Shown one piece after another: positions 1 through 10,322 of a stretch of 64,000 bases of DNA (the stretch's first letter is position 1; each line of letters opens with the position of its first letter). The stretch is from Candidatus Poribacteria bacterium (GTDB lineage Bacteria; Poribacteria; WGA-4E; PCPOR2b). The position numbers were made by a program, and so were the translations under genes. The DNA lies in assembly GCA_965208675.1 (NCBI GenBank), contig OZ242351.1, forward strand, positions 3,712,001-3,776,000, in the 5' to 3' direction. The notes under the pieces are model-generated. The model ran no database searches. It was not told the DNA's origin and saw only the letters and a program-made list of their open reading frames with translations.

Positions 1-52
1 AATGTATTGAATCGGGTTGCTCAGAGCAAGGAGGCACAATAGGCAAAAGGCC

Positions 53-757
53 ATGGATCTCCAAGAAGCCAAAATACAATTAGACGATGAAGGCTTTTGC
101 GTGTTGGAACACCAGATAGATGCGCACGAAGCCGATTACCTAAACAGGCGAGTGTGCAACCTGATGGAGTCTACTCTAGGTCAAGGTACGTATCTTAGCT
201 TGGAGGGTTCATTGGACCTCATTCCGGAACTTGCGCCGCTTTGCATCCATCCCTCAATTCTTGAATTGGCGGAAGCGGCGCTAGGGGAAAATTTTATCCT
301 TGCAAATAATGTCGCTATGAAGTTGTGCAAACCCGGGGCGGGATTGGGAGGATTACACGTGGATTGGCCGTTACCTAGTATACCGAAACCTTGGCCTATT
401 TCGCCCACAGGATTGGCGGTGTTCTGGATGCTCACGGACTTTACAGCGAAGAACGGTGCGACTGCGGTAATTCCGTTTAGCCATCATACGCGGCGCGATC
501 CTACATCCAACCGTACATATCAACATGAAGTACCTGTCGTCGGGAAAAAGGGGTCGGTGTTAGTTTTTGTCAACGGAATTTGGCATCGCAGCGGCGCAAA
601 CACTACGCAGAATGAAAATCGAATGGCAGCCAGCGTCTTTTACGTACCTTCTTTTATCTACCGGCCCAGAGATGGCTGGCCGATTATGAAGCGCGATATC
701 TACGATAAATTCCCGCGGCGATTGCAAGAACTATTGGCGAGATCGGTTGAAGAATAA
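53..757 (+). CDS. Phytanoyl-CoA dioxygenase (PhyH) family Fe(II)/2-oxoglutarate oxygenase
   Basis: LDDEGFCVLE N-terminus, HxD motif (LHVD), WMLTDFT..NGAT.V.P.SH, WHRSGAN..R; start moved to ATG 53 by alignment with the paralog. Confidence 0.9.
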   Translation: MDLQEAKIQLDDEGFCVLEHQIDAHEADYLNRRVCNLMESTLGQGTYLSLEGSLDLIPELAPLCIHPSILELAEAALGENFILANNVAMKLCKPGAGLGGLHVDWPLPSIPKPWPISPTGLAVFWMLTDFTAKNGATAVIPFSHHTRRDPTSNRTYQHEVPVVGKKGSVLVFVNGIWHRSGANTTQNENRMAASVFYVPSFIYRPRDGWPIMKRDIYDKFPRRLQELLARSVEE

Positions 758-800
758 ACGGCGTTTGGAAGATTTTGAATTTCGCGGAGAGCAGAAGAGG

Positions 801-1514
801 ATGGAGCTGAAAGAAGCCAAGAGGCAGTTGGACGAGCAAGGTTATTGCATATTGGAAGATTTGCTAGATCCCGATGAAGCCGGTCATCTTGATGCACAGG
901 CGCGCGCCTTCATGGAGCATCAGAACGAGCATATCTGGGGTACGAATGGATATCTCAGTCTGGAAGGAGCGTTGAATCCCATTCCGGAGTTGGCTCCGCT
1001 GTGCACACACCCCACGATTCTTGAATTGGTGGAGATGGTACTCGGCGATAATTTTATCCTTGCGAACAACGTAGCGATGAAGTGGTGTAAACCCGGTGCA
1101 AAAGCTGGGGGACTCCATTCTGCTTGGGCGGCAAGGGAGAGATCTCATACGTTTGTGGATTATTCGATAGATCTCCAAGTCTTCTGGATGCTTACGGATT
1201 TTACGGCAGAAAATGGAGCTACAATGGTTGTGCCTTTTAGCCACCATTCGCGCCGTTCCCCGTCACAAGAACGCTATCCTCAGGAAATTCCCGTCGTTGG
1301 GAAAAAAGGCTCGGTGTTCGCATTCTACGACACACTCTGGCATCGCAGCGGCGCCAACACTAGTTATGACCAGCATCGCATGGCTGCCAACATCCTTTAT
1401 CTCCCTTGGTATATATATATCCATACGGGACAATGGCCGCCGGTGAAACGTGAGCTCTACAATCAATTTTCGCCCCGCTTGCAGGAGCTGCTTGCACGGT
1501 CGGTTGAACCATGA
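801..1514 (+). CDS. PhyH family Fe(II)/2OG enzyme, tandem paralog with HxA instead of HxD
   Basis: Highly similar to 53-757; LHSAW at the LHVDW position; WHRSGAN retained; ATG 801 aligns with the paralog start. Confidence 0.88.
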   Translation: MELKEAKRQLDEQGYCILEDLLDPDEAGHLDAQARAFMEHQNEHIWGTNGYLSLEGALNPIPELAPLCTHPTILELVEMVLGDNFILANNVAMKWCKPGAKAGGLHSAWAARERSHTFVDYSIDLQVFWMLTDFTAENGATMVVPFSHHSRRSPSQERYPQEIPVVGKKGSVFAFYDTLWHRSGANTSYDQHRMAANILYLPWYIYIHTGQWPPVKRELYNQFSPRLQELLARSVEP

Positions 1515-1760
1515 TGGCGGAGGTTTAGTCATCAGTTCTCCGATGATTTGATGCTGCGTTACACCTTTTCCGTCGTCCCTCACACTCACCAAAACCGTGC
1601 AGCCTATTTCTGCCCCCGTTTCTTTGATGATTGAATGAAATCACATTCAATTGACGTAATAGTAAACTTTGCAATTTGCAGTGCGTTATGCTACCGGTTT
1701 GGCTAACGAGACGAGCAAAAAGTACCTTAAAAGCAGGTGCCTTGGCGGTTGGAGGACATT

Positions 1761-3584
1761 GTGAACACTGACGAGACTGGCGGGTTACCGTCGTGGGATT
1801 TTTCGGACCTTTATTCAGGCATAGAAGCCTCGGAGCTAGAAGAAGACTTGACGTCGATGACCGCTCAAGCGGCGGCGTTTGAACAAGAATACAAAGGGCG
1901 AATTGCCCGATCTGATGTAACCGCTGATTTACTCCAATCGGCGTTGGCAGCCTATGAAAAACTACTGCAGGCACAGTACAAGCCAAGTGCATTTGCTAAC
2001 CTGGTGTTTTCGACAGATACTGCAGATAGCCGCCGCGGTGCACTACTACAGCGAACACGGGAGATTGGTTCAGCTGCGGCAAAGCATTTGATTTTCTTCG
2101 ATCTCGAAATTGGAAACATCCCGCAGGACACTTTCGAGGACATCATCAGTCAACCGCAGCTCGAACCATACCGTCATTATCTCCAACACCAACGTGAACT
2201 TGCAAAACACAACTTAAGCGAGGCGGAGGAAGGGATTTTAGAGGAAACCGCCAATACACGCGGCCGAGCATTCGAACGGTTATTCACCGAGATAACATCA
2301 CGTCAAACTTTCTGCCTTGGTGAAGAAAAACTGACCCAAAGCGAGCTGCTTGCACGCTTCCACGACCCCGACCGTGAAACGCGTAAGGCTGCCTCGACCG
2401 CCTTAACACATGAGCTCAAAGAGGGCGCCCACATACTGACATTTATATTTAATACGCTGCTTCACGAAAAGCAGATAATCGACCGTTTGCGCGGTTTTTC
2501 GACTGCAGAAGCAGCACGTCACCTCGACAATGAGGTAGACGAGGCGGTAGTCAATATGGTTGTGGACGTGTGCGCGGACAATTATGGAACCGTCGCCGAC
2601 TATTATCACCTCAAGCGAGAGTTGCTGGGTCTGGATGAGTTGGCCCACTACGATCGATATGCCCCTATAACCAGTAAGCGCACTAAGTTCTCATTCGAGG
2701 AAGCCAAAGACATCGTGCTCGACGCTTTTGGACGTTTCTCGCCGAAACTCACCGCGATTACCGAACCGTTTTTCAGCAGACGTTGGATTGATGCCACTCT
2801 GCGAACAGGTAAACAGGGCGGCGCATATTGTGCCGCTATCACTCCAGATTTACATCCATATATTCTCATGAATTACACCGGTGAACCACGTGACGTGATG
2901 ACGTTAGCGCACGAATTGGGGCACGGTGTTCACGATGTCCTTGCCAGCGAACAGAGCTTGCTTAACTACTACCCTGTCCTACCGCTGGCAGAGACAGCGA
3001 GTACCTTCGGTGAAATGCTGGTGTTCGACGCGCTTCAAGCTAAACTGTCTTCGCCGCATGAGCGGCTGGCTCTATTGTGCGGGAAGGTTGAAGACACTTT
3101 TGCGACCGTGTTTCGTCAAATTGCTATGTACCGCTTCGAGCGAGAAGCTCATCGCCTGCGGCGTGAACAGGGTGAGCAGCCTACCGAAGCCTACTGTGAA
3201 CTCTGGCAGCGGACGATGCAGGAAATGTTCGGCGACTCACTGACGTTGGGCGAAGAACACCGGTGGTGGTGGCTTTACATCCCGCACATTAACCAAAGTC
3301 CGTTTTACGTCTATGCCTATGCTTTCGGCGAGTTGCTGGTGCTGTCACTCTATGCGAAGTATCAACACGAGGGCGAAGCATTTGTGCCTGCCTACTTTGA
3401 ATTGTTGCGAGCTGGTGGTTCTGCGCCGCCTGCAAAATTAATCGCTGACATGGGTATTGACATCACATCTTCTGGCTTTTGGCAGGGGGGATGCAATTTG
3501 GTTCTCGAAAAAGTCGAACAAGCGAAGGAACTGGCAAAGACTATTGGCGAGAAAAATAGCAGGTATTGGGGCGAGAAACAGTGA
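1761..3584 (+). CDS. pepF: M3 family oligoendopeptidase F
   Basis: W-D-x-S-D-L-Y N-terminus, TLAHELGHGVH zinc motif, LAETASTFGE, YIPH..PFYVYAYAFG; GGAGG SD before GTG 1761. Confidence 0.92.
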   Translation: MNTDETGGLPSWDFSDLYSGIEASELEEDLTSMTAQAAAFEQEYKGRIARSDVTADLLQSALAAYEKLLQAQYKPSAFANLVFSTDTADSRRGALLQRTREIGSAAAKHLIFFDLEIGNIPQDTFEDIISQPQLEPYRHYLQHQRELAKHNLSEAEEGILEETANTRGRAFERLFTEITSRQTFCLGEEKLTQSELLARFHDPDRETRKAASTALTHELKEGAHILTFIFNTLLHEKQIIDRLRGFSTAEAARHLDNEVDEAVVNMVVDVCADNYGTVADYYHLKRELLGLDELAHYDRYAPITSKRTKFSFEEAKDIVLDAFGRFSPKLTAITEPFFSRRWIDATLRTGKQGGAYCAAITPDLHPYILMNYTGEPRDVMTLAHELGHGVHDVLASEQSLLNYYPVLPLAETASTFGEMLVFDALQAKLSSPHERLALLCGKVEDTFATVFRQIAMYRFEREAHRLRREQGEQPTEAYCELWQRTMQEMFGDSLTLGEEHRWWWLYIPHINQSPFYVYAYAFGELLVLSLYAKYQHEGEAFVPAYFELLRAGGSAPPAKLIADMGIDITSSGFWQGGCNLVLEKVEQAKELAKTIGEKNSRYWGEKQ

Positions 3585-3616
3585 TTCGCCTCTTTCAAAG
3601 TGACGATTGTAGGAAG

Positions 3617-5053
3617 ATGGAATTAAACAATCAACGGAATCGGTTTATCAACTACCTCAAATCAATCCCAATCCAATGTCTCGGCGCAGCAATCTTCTTC
3701 TGGATTTACCACAAGCTCCTAGTCTATCTGATGATGGATGGGCTCAATCTTGGCGCGGTAAAATTCGACAACCATGTTGCACCGCTCTATGCGGAACCAC
3801 AAGCCAACCTGAGTTTGTGGATATTTCCGGCGTTGATTATCCTCGCAGGGTTCCTTCTAATTTGCCGAAAAATACTACTCCGTCAAGCTACGCCGCGCAC
3901 TCGGTTTTTTGCAATTTCAATCTTGAGTTTTCTAGTCATCGGCATCAGCGTTGCGATGATTGACGGCTATCAAGAGGTGGATGGACAGCACATACCCGCC
4001 TTCCTCGAACCATACACACGGACAAGCTTGGAATACTATGGCGATGTACCGAAGGTCGACGCGGTAGGTTTCCAATCATTTCTGCGAGACTACGCGAAAC
4101 CGGAACTGTTCCAAACTTTATCGCTACATTCCCAAACTCATCCACCGGGCGGCATTCTGTTTCTATGGATGGCCAGTAAATGCTTCGGTTACAATCTACT
4201 GACCGCCGCCCTTGCGACCATCTGCTTTACGAGTATATCCGTAATTCCAATCTATTGGCTCGCGAAGGACTTATACGGTGAAGCGGTTGGACGGTACGCA
4301 ACGGTACTATTCTTGATTATGCCCAGCTTTGTTATGTTCACGACAACATCCATGGATGGTCCGTTCAGTGTATTTCCAATCGTTAGCGTCTACCTGTTTT
4401 ACAAAGCCACGTCATCCAGATCAACGCTATACGCTGTCTTAACAGGAATTTCACTCGGATTTGGGATGTTTATGACCTTTTCAACTGTTTTCATCGGCAT
4501 GTTTTTTGGTGTTGTGACACTGCTTACATTAATGATGGATCGCAAACGGTTCAAGGGTGTGTTGACATCATTGTTCATTGCCGGTGCGGTATTCGCCGCA
4601 TTCTATCTTCTGATGTTCGCAGTCTCGGGGTTCAACCTATTTGACGTGTTAATGGCTGCGATTGAAAAGGACGAGAATTTAATGGGGACAGGGTACGAAT
4701 CAATTTCGCGGTACTTTCACGTAAGCGTTGCGAACCTGTTTGCCTTTTTAATCGGCATCGGAATACCCATAACGATAGTATGGTCGAATCAGATTCCACG
4801 GATGTTTCGGCGAAGAGACATCTATGCGATTGGCTATTTTATCTCATTGCTCGTGATTGCTTTTTCAACGCTGTACACAATGGAGGTGGAACGCATCTGG
4901 ATATACATGGCACCGTTTGTCGTGATTCCAGTTGCAAAGTATCTTCGAGATCTCTGCGACGATCAACAGCGCACATCTCCATTCTATTGGGTAGCGGGGT
5001 TGTTGTGCCTTCAATTGATTCTGTTTGAAGCTACAATGTATACGTATTGGTAG
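3617..5053 (+). CDS. GT-C fold membrane glycosyltransferase (ArnT/PMT-like)
   Basis: Many TM segments, THPPG motif, SMDG and EVERIW motifs typical of GT-C enzymes. Confidence 0.7.
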   Translation: MELNNQRNRFINYLKSIPIQCLGAAIFFWIYHKLLVYLMMDGLNLGAVKFDNHVAPLYAEPQANLSLWIFPALIILAGFLLICRKILLRQATPRTRFFAISILSFLVIGISVAMIDGYQEVDGQHIPAFLEPYTRTSLEYYGDVPKVDAVGFQSFLRDYAKPELFQTLSLHSQTHPPGGILFLWMASKCFGYNLLTAALATICFTSISVIPIYWLAKDLYGEAVGRYATVLFLIMPSFVMFTTTSMDGPFSVFPIVSVYLFYKATSSRSTLYAVLTGISLGFGMFMTFSTVFIGMFFGVVTLLTLMMDRKRFKGVLTSLFIAGAVFAAFYLLMFAVSGFNLFDVLMAAIEKDENLMGTGYESISRYFHVSVANLFAFLIGIGIPITIVWSNQIPRMFRRRDIYAIGYFISLLVIAFSTLYTMEVERIWIYMAPFVVIPVAKYLRDLCDDQQRTSPFYWVAGLLCLQLILFEATMYTYW

Positions 5054-5116
5054 GACGAATTTGGGGGCTCTCCGATGTAATCGACAATATTTGCGACCAC
5101 CTTATTGACTAATACA

Positions 5117-6871
5117 TTAAACACCAGCAATACGAACTGCTTTATTCCTTCTCCGCCTCTTCTTTGACTTTTTCGAAGTCGGAGCGATCCTCGGCTTTTC
5201 ATGTTCCTGTTTGGCACCCTTTGGCAGCTGTTTCCCGTGCGCATCCGTCTTTTCCTGCGTTGTTATCCCCTTCTCCAATCGAACATGGGCTTCATATTCA
5301 GCGTAAGTCCCTATGAATTGCTTAGCAGTGCCGTTCTTAAAAACTACCAGTTTGGTGGCGAGTTTGTTCAGAAAGTAGCGATCGTGGGAGATTATCAAGA
5401 TAGTTGCGGGATACGCCGCCAAGGCTTCCTCAAGCACTTCACGAGATGGGATGTCGAGATGGTTAGTCGGCTCATCAAGAAGAAGCACATTCGCATTTTC
5501 CATGAGCAACTTAGCTAGCATAACGCGGCTCTGTTCGCCGCCGCTGAGATCGCCAACCCGCTTGAACACTGAATCACCGGAAAACAGGAATTTTCCAAGG
5601 TAATTGCGAATCTCTCCTTGGGTGTACGTTGGGCGCAACTCCCAAATCTCGTCGATTACGGTGTTTGCTGGATTCAGTCCTCCCAGTTCCTGATCGTAAT
5701 ATCCGAACTGAAGATTGTGCCCTGTCTTTAGATTTCCCGTGGTGGGCTTTTCGTGATTCAGAATCATTCGGAATAGCGTTGTCTTTCCAACACCATTCGG
5801 CCCAATGATTCCGATGACATCACCGCGGTGTGCATCAAGGTTCAAGTTTTCAAAGATTGACACTTGTCCATATCGTTTCCCCAAATTTTGACATTGCAAA
5901 ATGTCATTTCCGCCGCGCTCAGCCAGCGTGAAATTGAGGTTCATTTTTGGTGTTTTGGTATGGGGCTTTTCGATTCGCTCTAACCGATTCAACAGTTTCT
6001 GCCGCCCTTTCGCTTCGCGTGTGCGCTGCCCAGCGATGTTACGTTGAATAAACTCTTCCTCGTGAGCGATGTGCCGTTGTTGTTTTTTATACTCGCGTTC
6101 TTGAGTCAAAGTCTCGAGGTTTTTGGTTTTGAGATACTTGGTGTAATTTCCGCGGTACCACTTAATCTTGTGATTATGGAGCTCCACAATTTTCCCAACG
6201 ACGCGATCCAAAAAATAGCGGTCGTGTGAGATGACGATTGCCGCTCCTTGGTATTCAGTATTCAGGAAATATTCCAACCACTCAATCGCCTTGATGTCAA
6301 GATGGTTGGTTGGTTCATCAAGAAGGAGTAGATCGGGCGCTTCAAGCAGCAATTTAGCTAGTGCGGCTCGGCTTTTCTGGCCGCCGCTCAAAATACCGCA
6401 TCTCAAGTGAAAATCGGCTTCACAAAACCCTAGCCCGCCCAGCGTTTTGTTAATTCGGTGCTCATAGCTGTAACCGCCGATGAGTTCATGCTGTTCCTGC
6501 AGCCGGGCATATTCCTTTAATATCACCGGGTTATTCCTGTCGTCCTCCAGCCGTTCGCTTAACAAGAGTAGCTGATCTTCCAGATCTCGCTGTGTCTGAA
6601 ATACCTTGAGCATCTCCTGGCGTAACGTACAATCGGGATGTAAATCGGTCTCTTGGCTGAGGTACCCAATCCGTGTCTTTTTCCCGCGAATGACCCTGCC
6701 TCGAAAATCTGGGATTAAACCCGCTATAATTGAAATTAACGTGGTTTTACCGCTGCCGTTCGGACCAATGAGTCCGATTCGATCCCGATGTTCAATTGAT
6801 AGAGATATATCATCAAGGATGAGGTAAGGGTCATACGACTTTGTGACGTGTTCCAATCTGACTAAAGACAT
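5117..6871 (-). CDS. ABC-F family ribosome-associated ATPase
   Basis: Two ABC cassettes (GPNGSGKTT, LSGGQ, LLLDEPTNHLD; GPNGVGKTT, LSGGE) joined by a helical linker, no TM segments. Confidence 0.93.
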   Translation of the reverse strand: MSLVRLEHVTKSYDPYLILDDISLSIEHRDRIGLIGPNGSGKTTLISIIAGLIPDFRGRVIRGKKTRIGYLSQETDLHPDCTLRQEMLKVFQTQRDLEDQLLLLSERLEDDRNNPVILKEYARLQEQHELIGGYSYEHRINKTLGGLGFCEADFHLRCGILSGGQKSRAALAKLLLEAPDLLLLDEPTNHLDIKAIEWLEYFLNTEYQGAAIVISHDRYFLDRVVGKIVELHNHKIKWYRGNYTKYLKTKNLETLTQEREYKKQQRHIAHEEEFIQRNIAGQRTREAKGRQKLLNRLERIEKPHTKTPKMNLNFTLAERGGNDILQCQNLGKRYGQVSIFENLNLDAHRGDVIGIIGPNGVGKTTLFRMILNHEKPTTGNLKTGHNLQFGYYDQELGGLNPANTVIDEIWELRPTYTQGEIRNYLGKFLFSGDSVFKRVGDLSGGEQSRVMLAKLLMENANVLLLDEPTNHLDIPSREVLEEALAAYPATILIISHDRYFLNKLATKLVVFKNGTAKQFIGTYAEYEAHVRLEKGITTQEKTDAHGKQLPKGAKQEHEKPRIAPTSKKSKKRRRRNKAVRIAGV

Positions 6872-7002
6872 GATAAGCGTTTCTCTTGAAATTAGTTTTC
6901 CGCGCTTGTTGTTGCAGTCGCAACATTAGGCAGAGCGAAGATTGACTTTCTCCGAAAAACTGTGATACCATTCCGAAGTCTTGTCTCTAAAGGATGTAGA
7001 AA

Positions 7003-7956
7003 ATGTCCATCCGAAATTATCTCTATCTGACAAGTGTCCCCAATCAAGAGGCAGAGCTGGTAAACGCTGAATCCACGATATTAACGGGTCACGCCCCAAA
7101 TGCTTGTGGGATAACAATCTCAGAAAGATGTGTTGATGTCACACGCGGCGCCTATGTGAAGTCTTGCATGGAAATTCTGTTCGAGGGAGGAGATATCACA
7201 GAAGTTTGCGGACAGATAGAAACCTCAGGATTATATGCTGAAGATTTTCGTGTGTCGGTTGTCAAACGACCGCGCCGTCTGGCAGCGGACACAATGAAAA
7301 TCGCTCATATCGTTGGCGGAGTCATCGGAGGTACCGTGTGTTTGGCACGACCGCGAGTTGTGTTTTTGGTCGTAATCACGAATGAAAAAGTCTGGATGGG
7401 ACGGCTTCTGTCTGAATCGGACAGCTCGTGGTTTGTCCACCGGAAACGTCCCTACATGACATCAAGCGCGCTTCCAACAAGACTCGCAAGAGCAATCGTC
7501 AACCTGATTGCCGACCCTAGCGACCGGCTTGTTGATCCGTGCTGCGGCACAGGTACAATTGTGTTAGAAGCCGCGCGCATGGGAATGCGGGTCGTTGGGT
7601 ATGACATCAATCCCAAGATGGTCAAGGCGACGCAGGGGAATTTGGCGCATCACAATTTAGATGCCAGTGTTTTGCTCGGCGATGCGCGTCAAATTAGCGA
7701 ACCGTTTGACGCCCTAGCGACGAACCTTCCTTACGGAATTATGCTGGATCGCACCCCGATACAAGACCGGGAGATTTTGCAGAATCTCAGTAACGTAGCA
7801 CCTAAAGCTGCGTTTGTTGCAATCCAAGACCTAAGCGAACCGCTTGAAGATTTGGGGTATCGCATTCAGCAGATCGTGCACGCCCCCAAACAAAACATGG
7901 TACGGCGAATCTATATTACGGACACCGGACATACGGGTGGAAGCAGTGGAGAGTGA
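7003..7956 (+). CDS. THUMP/Trm11-like SAM-dependent RNA methyltransferase
   Basis: SALPTRLARAIVN, DPCCGTGT, TNLPYG motifs. Confidence 0.8.
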   Translation: MSIRNYLYLTSVPNQEAELVNAESTILTGHAPNACGITISERCVDVTRGAYVKSCMEILFEGGDITEVCGQIETSGLYAEDFRVSVVKRPRRLAADTMKIAHIVGGVIGGTVCLARPRVVFLVVITNEKVWMGRLLSESDSSWFVHRKRPYMTSSALPTRLARAIVNLIADPSDRLVDPCCGTGTIVLEAARMGMRVVGYDINPKMVKATQGNLAHHNLDASVLLGDARQISEPFDALATNLPYGIMLDRTPIQDREILQNLSNVAPKAAFVAIQDLSEPLEDLGYRIQQIVHAPKQNMVRRIYITDTGHTGGSSGE

Positions 7957-8083
7957 TGCGTGGAAAGTTAAGACTATCGCACTCACTGTCCGTAGGATTT
8001 ATCTATTCGCTCAGTTGACCACTCAACCCAACCTACATTAACTAGATAGCGTGTCACCGAGTAGTGGCGGCAAGACTGCGAAT

Positions 8084-8860
8084 TTAATCGCCGGCAACCC
8101 GATACATTTCCTGTATCACTTCGCAGATGTCTGGAGCATCTGTAAGGAATTGATTCACTGCAAGTTCTATAAACTCATCGGGAATACCGTGCAGCGCCTC
8201 GGCGACGGGGCCCGCAATTGCAGCGAGCGTGTCGGCATCGCCGCCCAGGGAAACGGCATTTCGTACCGCATCTTCAAAACTCTCGGACTCCAGCGCACAT
8301 GTGATTGCCTGTGGCACCGTACCCTGACAAGTCTCGTCAAAAGAATAGCCGGGACGGATTTCGTCCACGGTTCGTCTCAGGTCGTAGCCGTATTCGACAG
8401 CGATAGTTTGGCGAATGTCGGTTGTTGTCTCCCCTTGATACGCGAGCCAGATAGCGTGTGTTGTTGCCCGTGCGCCCTTCATCCCTTCCGGATGGTTGTG
8501 TGTGATGGCGGTCACGTTGTCGGCGGCATTTAGCGCAGCGTCCAGGTCGTCTCGGTTGAGGAACGCCGCTGGCGATACGCGCATTGCCGCACCGTTGCCG
8601 TAACTTTCATAGGGTTCTGGATCCCAGAAAATCCACTGACCAAAAAATCCGCCGTATCCACGGCCCGGATGCCGTCGGCACCACTCCTGCATTGTCTGCG
8701 CGGGTGGAAGGTTATGCAATAGGATATCTGCAACAGCCGCCGTGCAAACCGAATCATCGGTAAAATCGCACTGCGGGTCGAAGAAAGTAAAATCTTTGGT
8801 TTTTATTCGATTCCACTCGTAGATTGAGCCGACAATGTCACCAATAATTGCACCTAACAT
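8084..8860 (-). CDS. ADP-ribosylglycohydrolase (DraG/ARH family)
   Basis: GAIIGDIVGS, FTDDS, SYGNGAAMR, ITHNH, GGDADT motifs. Confidence 0.93.
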   Translation of the reverse strand: MLGAIIGDIVGSIYEWNRIKTKDFTFFDPQCDFTDDSVCTAAVADILLHNLPPAQTMQEWCRRHPGRGYGGFFGQWIFWDPEPYESYGNGAAMRVSPAAFLNRDDLDAALNAADNVTAITHNHPEGMKGARATTHAIWLAYQGETTTDIRQTIAVEYGYDLRRTVDEIRPGYSFDETCQGTVPQAITCALESESFEDAVRNAVSLGGDADTLAAIAGPVAEALHGIPDEFIELAVNQFLTDAPDICEVIQEMYRVAGD

Positions 8861-8887
8861 TTTTCCTCCAGATTAAATTCCGCGCCT

Positions 8888-9322
8888 TTAATTTTCCTGC
8901 TCATCGTAAAAATCAGTTTCCCCTACGTATTCATCGTCATCAAGTTCGTCTTCCTCTTCGTATTCTTCGTATTCATCGGACCCCATCAAGATATCGAGTT
9001 CTCTAGGTCCCTCAATACTCATCTTACAGATCCAACCATCTCCCTCTGGTGAACGATTGATTAAATCTGGATTATCTTCAAGGGCGACGTTCACCTCGAT
9101 AATTTCCCCCGTAACGGGGGCATACACGGGAAAAGTACCTCCGTCGGCAACTTCAATCCTGCCGAATGTATCTTCCTGCTCAAGTTCGTCGCCAACCAAC
9201 GGAAGTTCCACGAATACAATGTCGCCATAGGCCTGTTGGGCACGTTCGGTGATTCCAACAACCCCTTCTGAGTTAATGACCTCAATCCATTCATGTGTGG
9301 TCGTATATTTTACTTCACTCAC
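8888..9322 (-). CDS. Glycine cleavage H-protein homolog lacking the lipoyl-lysine, with acidic tail
   Basis: YTTTHEWI, VGIT..AQ...GDIVFVELP, YAPVTGEI.EVN, PDLIN.SP.GDGWI; the usual ESVK is replaced by EVADGG. Confidence 0.85.
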   Translation of the reverse strand: MSEVKYTTTHEWIEVINSEGVVGITERAQQAYGDIVFVELPLVGDELEQEDTFGRIEVADGGTFPVYAPVTGEIIEVNVALEDNPDLINRSPEGDGWICKMSIEGPRELDILMGSDEYEEYEEEDELDDDEYVGETDFYDEQEN

Positions 9323-9551
9323 GGTTCAGCCTCCCGAAGTTTCGTATCCCCGGTACTCCCCTCTTTTAACGGCGTAGATAACTTCAATACCTGAACGGAT
9401 GTTCTGCTTATGCTAAAATATGTCTTCATGGTAGTGTATTCAATCTGCATTCGTGCAAAGTCCTTTTGCTATTCCGTGCAAAAAACCATCGCCTGTCTTT
9501 TGAGATTACACCATTGTGAAAATGCCGCCGCGTCGAATCCCGCCTTCGCCG

Positions 9552-10322
9552 TTAATACTTGGCGGCGAACACTGCGAGTTTCCCAGGGTTTTCCCATGCG
9601 AGTTGAACGTCAGAAAAACCCGCTTCTCGGAGCAATCGGTTCTGGGTCGCTACAGAAAGCGTAATGTCGTAGTTCCATTCAGCACGATTTCCACCGGGGA
9701 GATTAGAGATCCATCGGTTGAACCAATATAAGGTCTCCTTCTCACCCTCAGGAGAATTCGACTGGTCGCCCTCAATGTACAAGCCAGCCGGCCGCAGCGC
9801 ATTTCTCACTTTTTTGTAGACGCGAACCTTCTCCTCTGGCGGCAGATGGTGCATGGTAAGGGTTGAGATAGCATAGTCATATTCGTCCTCACCCAGCGGG
9901 AAGTCGAGTAATGACCCTTGAACGAGTTTCAATTGTGCGGCAAAGCTGTCGAACTTCGACCTCAGTTGCTCAAGCATTTTGGGAGCCAAGTCAATTGCAG
10001 TTACCTTAGCATTGGGGGCTCGAGAAAAGACGAATTCGAGTTGTATACCAGTGCCGCAACCAAGATCCAGAATGTCCACTTCCGCTTGAGTCATTGGGAT
10101 TGGACGCGCAACAGCTTGGTAAAACGGGTCATCAGACTCAACACCGAACTTCTTGTCCCATATGTCGGCGGTGTCATTGAAGCATCCGTACAGTTCCTCA
10201 ATACCGTCGCACATCCACTCCGGAACGTCCTCACCAATTGGTCCCGGCGCGATACGGAGTTCTTCTTTCCTCCGCAGAAACTCCTCGTCTACTTTGTTCG
10301 CATCGTGGGTTTGATTCGTTAT
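9552..10322 (-). CDS. Class I SAM-dependent methyltransferase (probable ATA start at 10322; first ATG at 10214)
   Basis: ILDLGCGTG motif I, AIDLAPKML, TMHHL; frame stays open upstream to an ATA 7 nt after AGGAG. Confidence 0.8.
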   Translation of the reverse strand: MTNQTHDANKVDEEFLRRKEELRIAPGPIGEDVPEWMCDGIEELYGCFNDTADIWDKKFGVESDDPFYQAVARPIPMTQAEVDILDLGCGTGIQLEFVFSRAPNAKVTAIDLAPKMLEQLRSKFDSFAAQLKLVQGSLLDFPLGEDEYDYAISTLTMHHLPPEEKVRVYKKVRNALRPAGLYIEGDQSNSPEGEKETLYWFNRWISNLPGGNRAEWNYDITLSVATQNRLLREAGFSDVQLAWENPGKLAVFAAKY

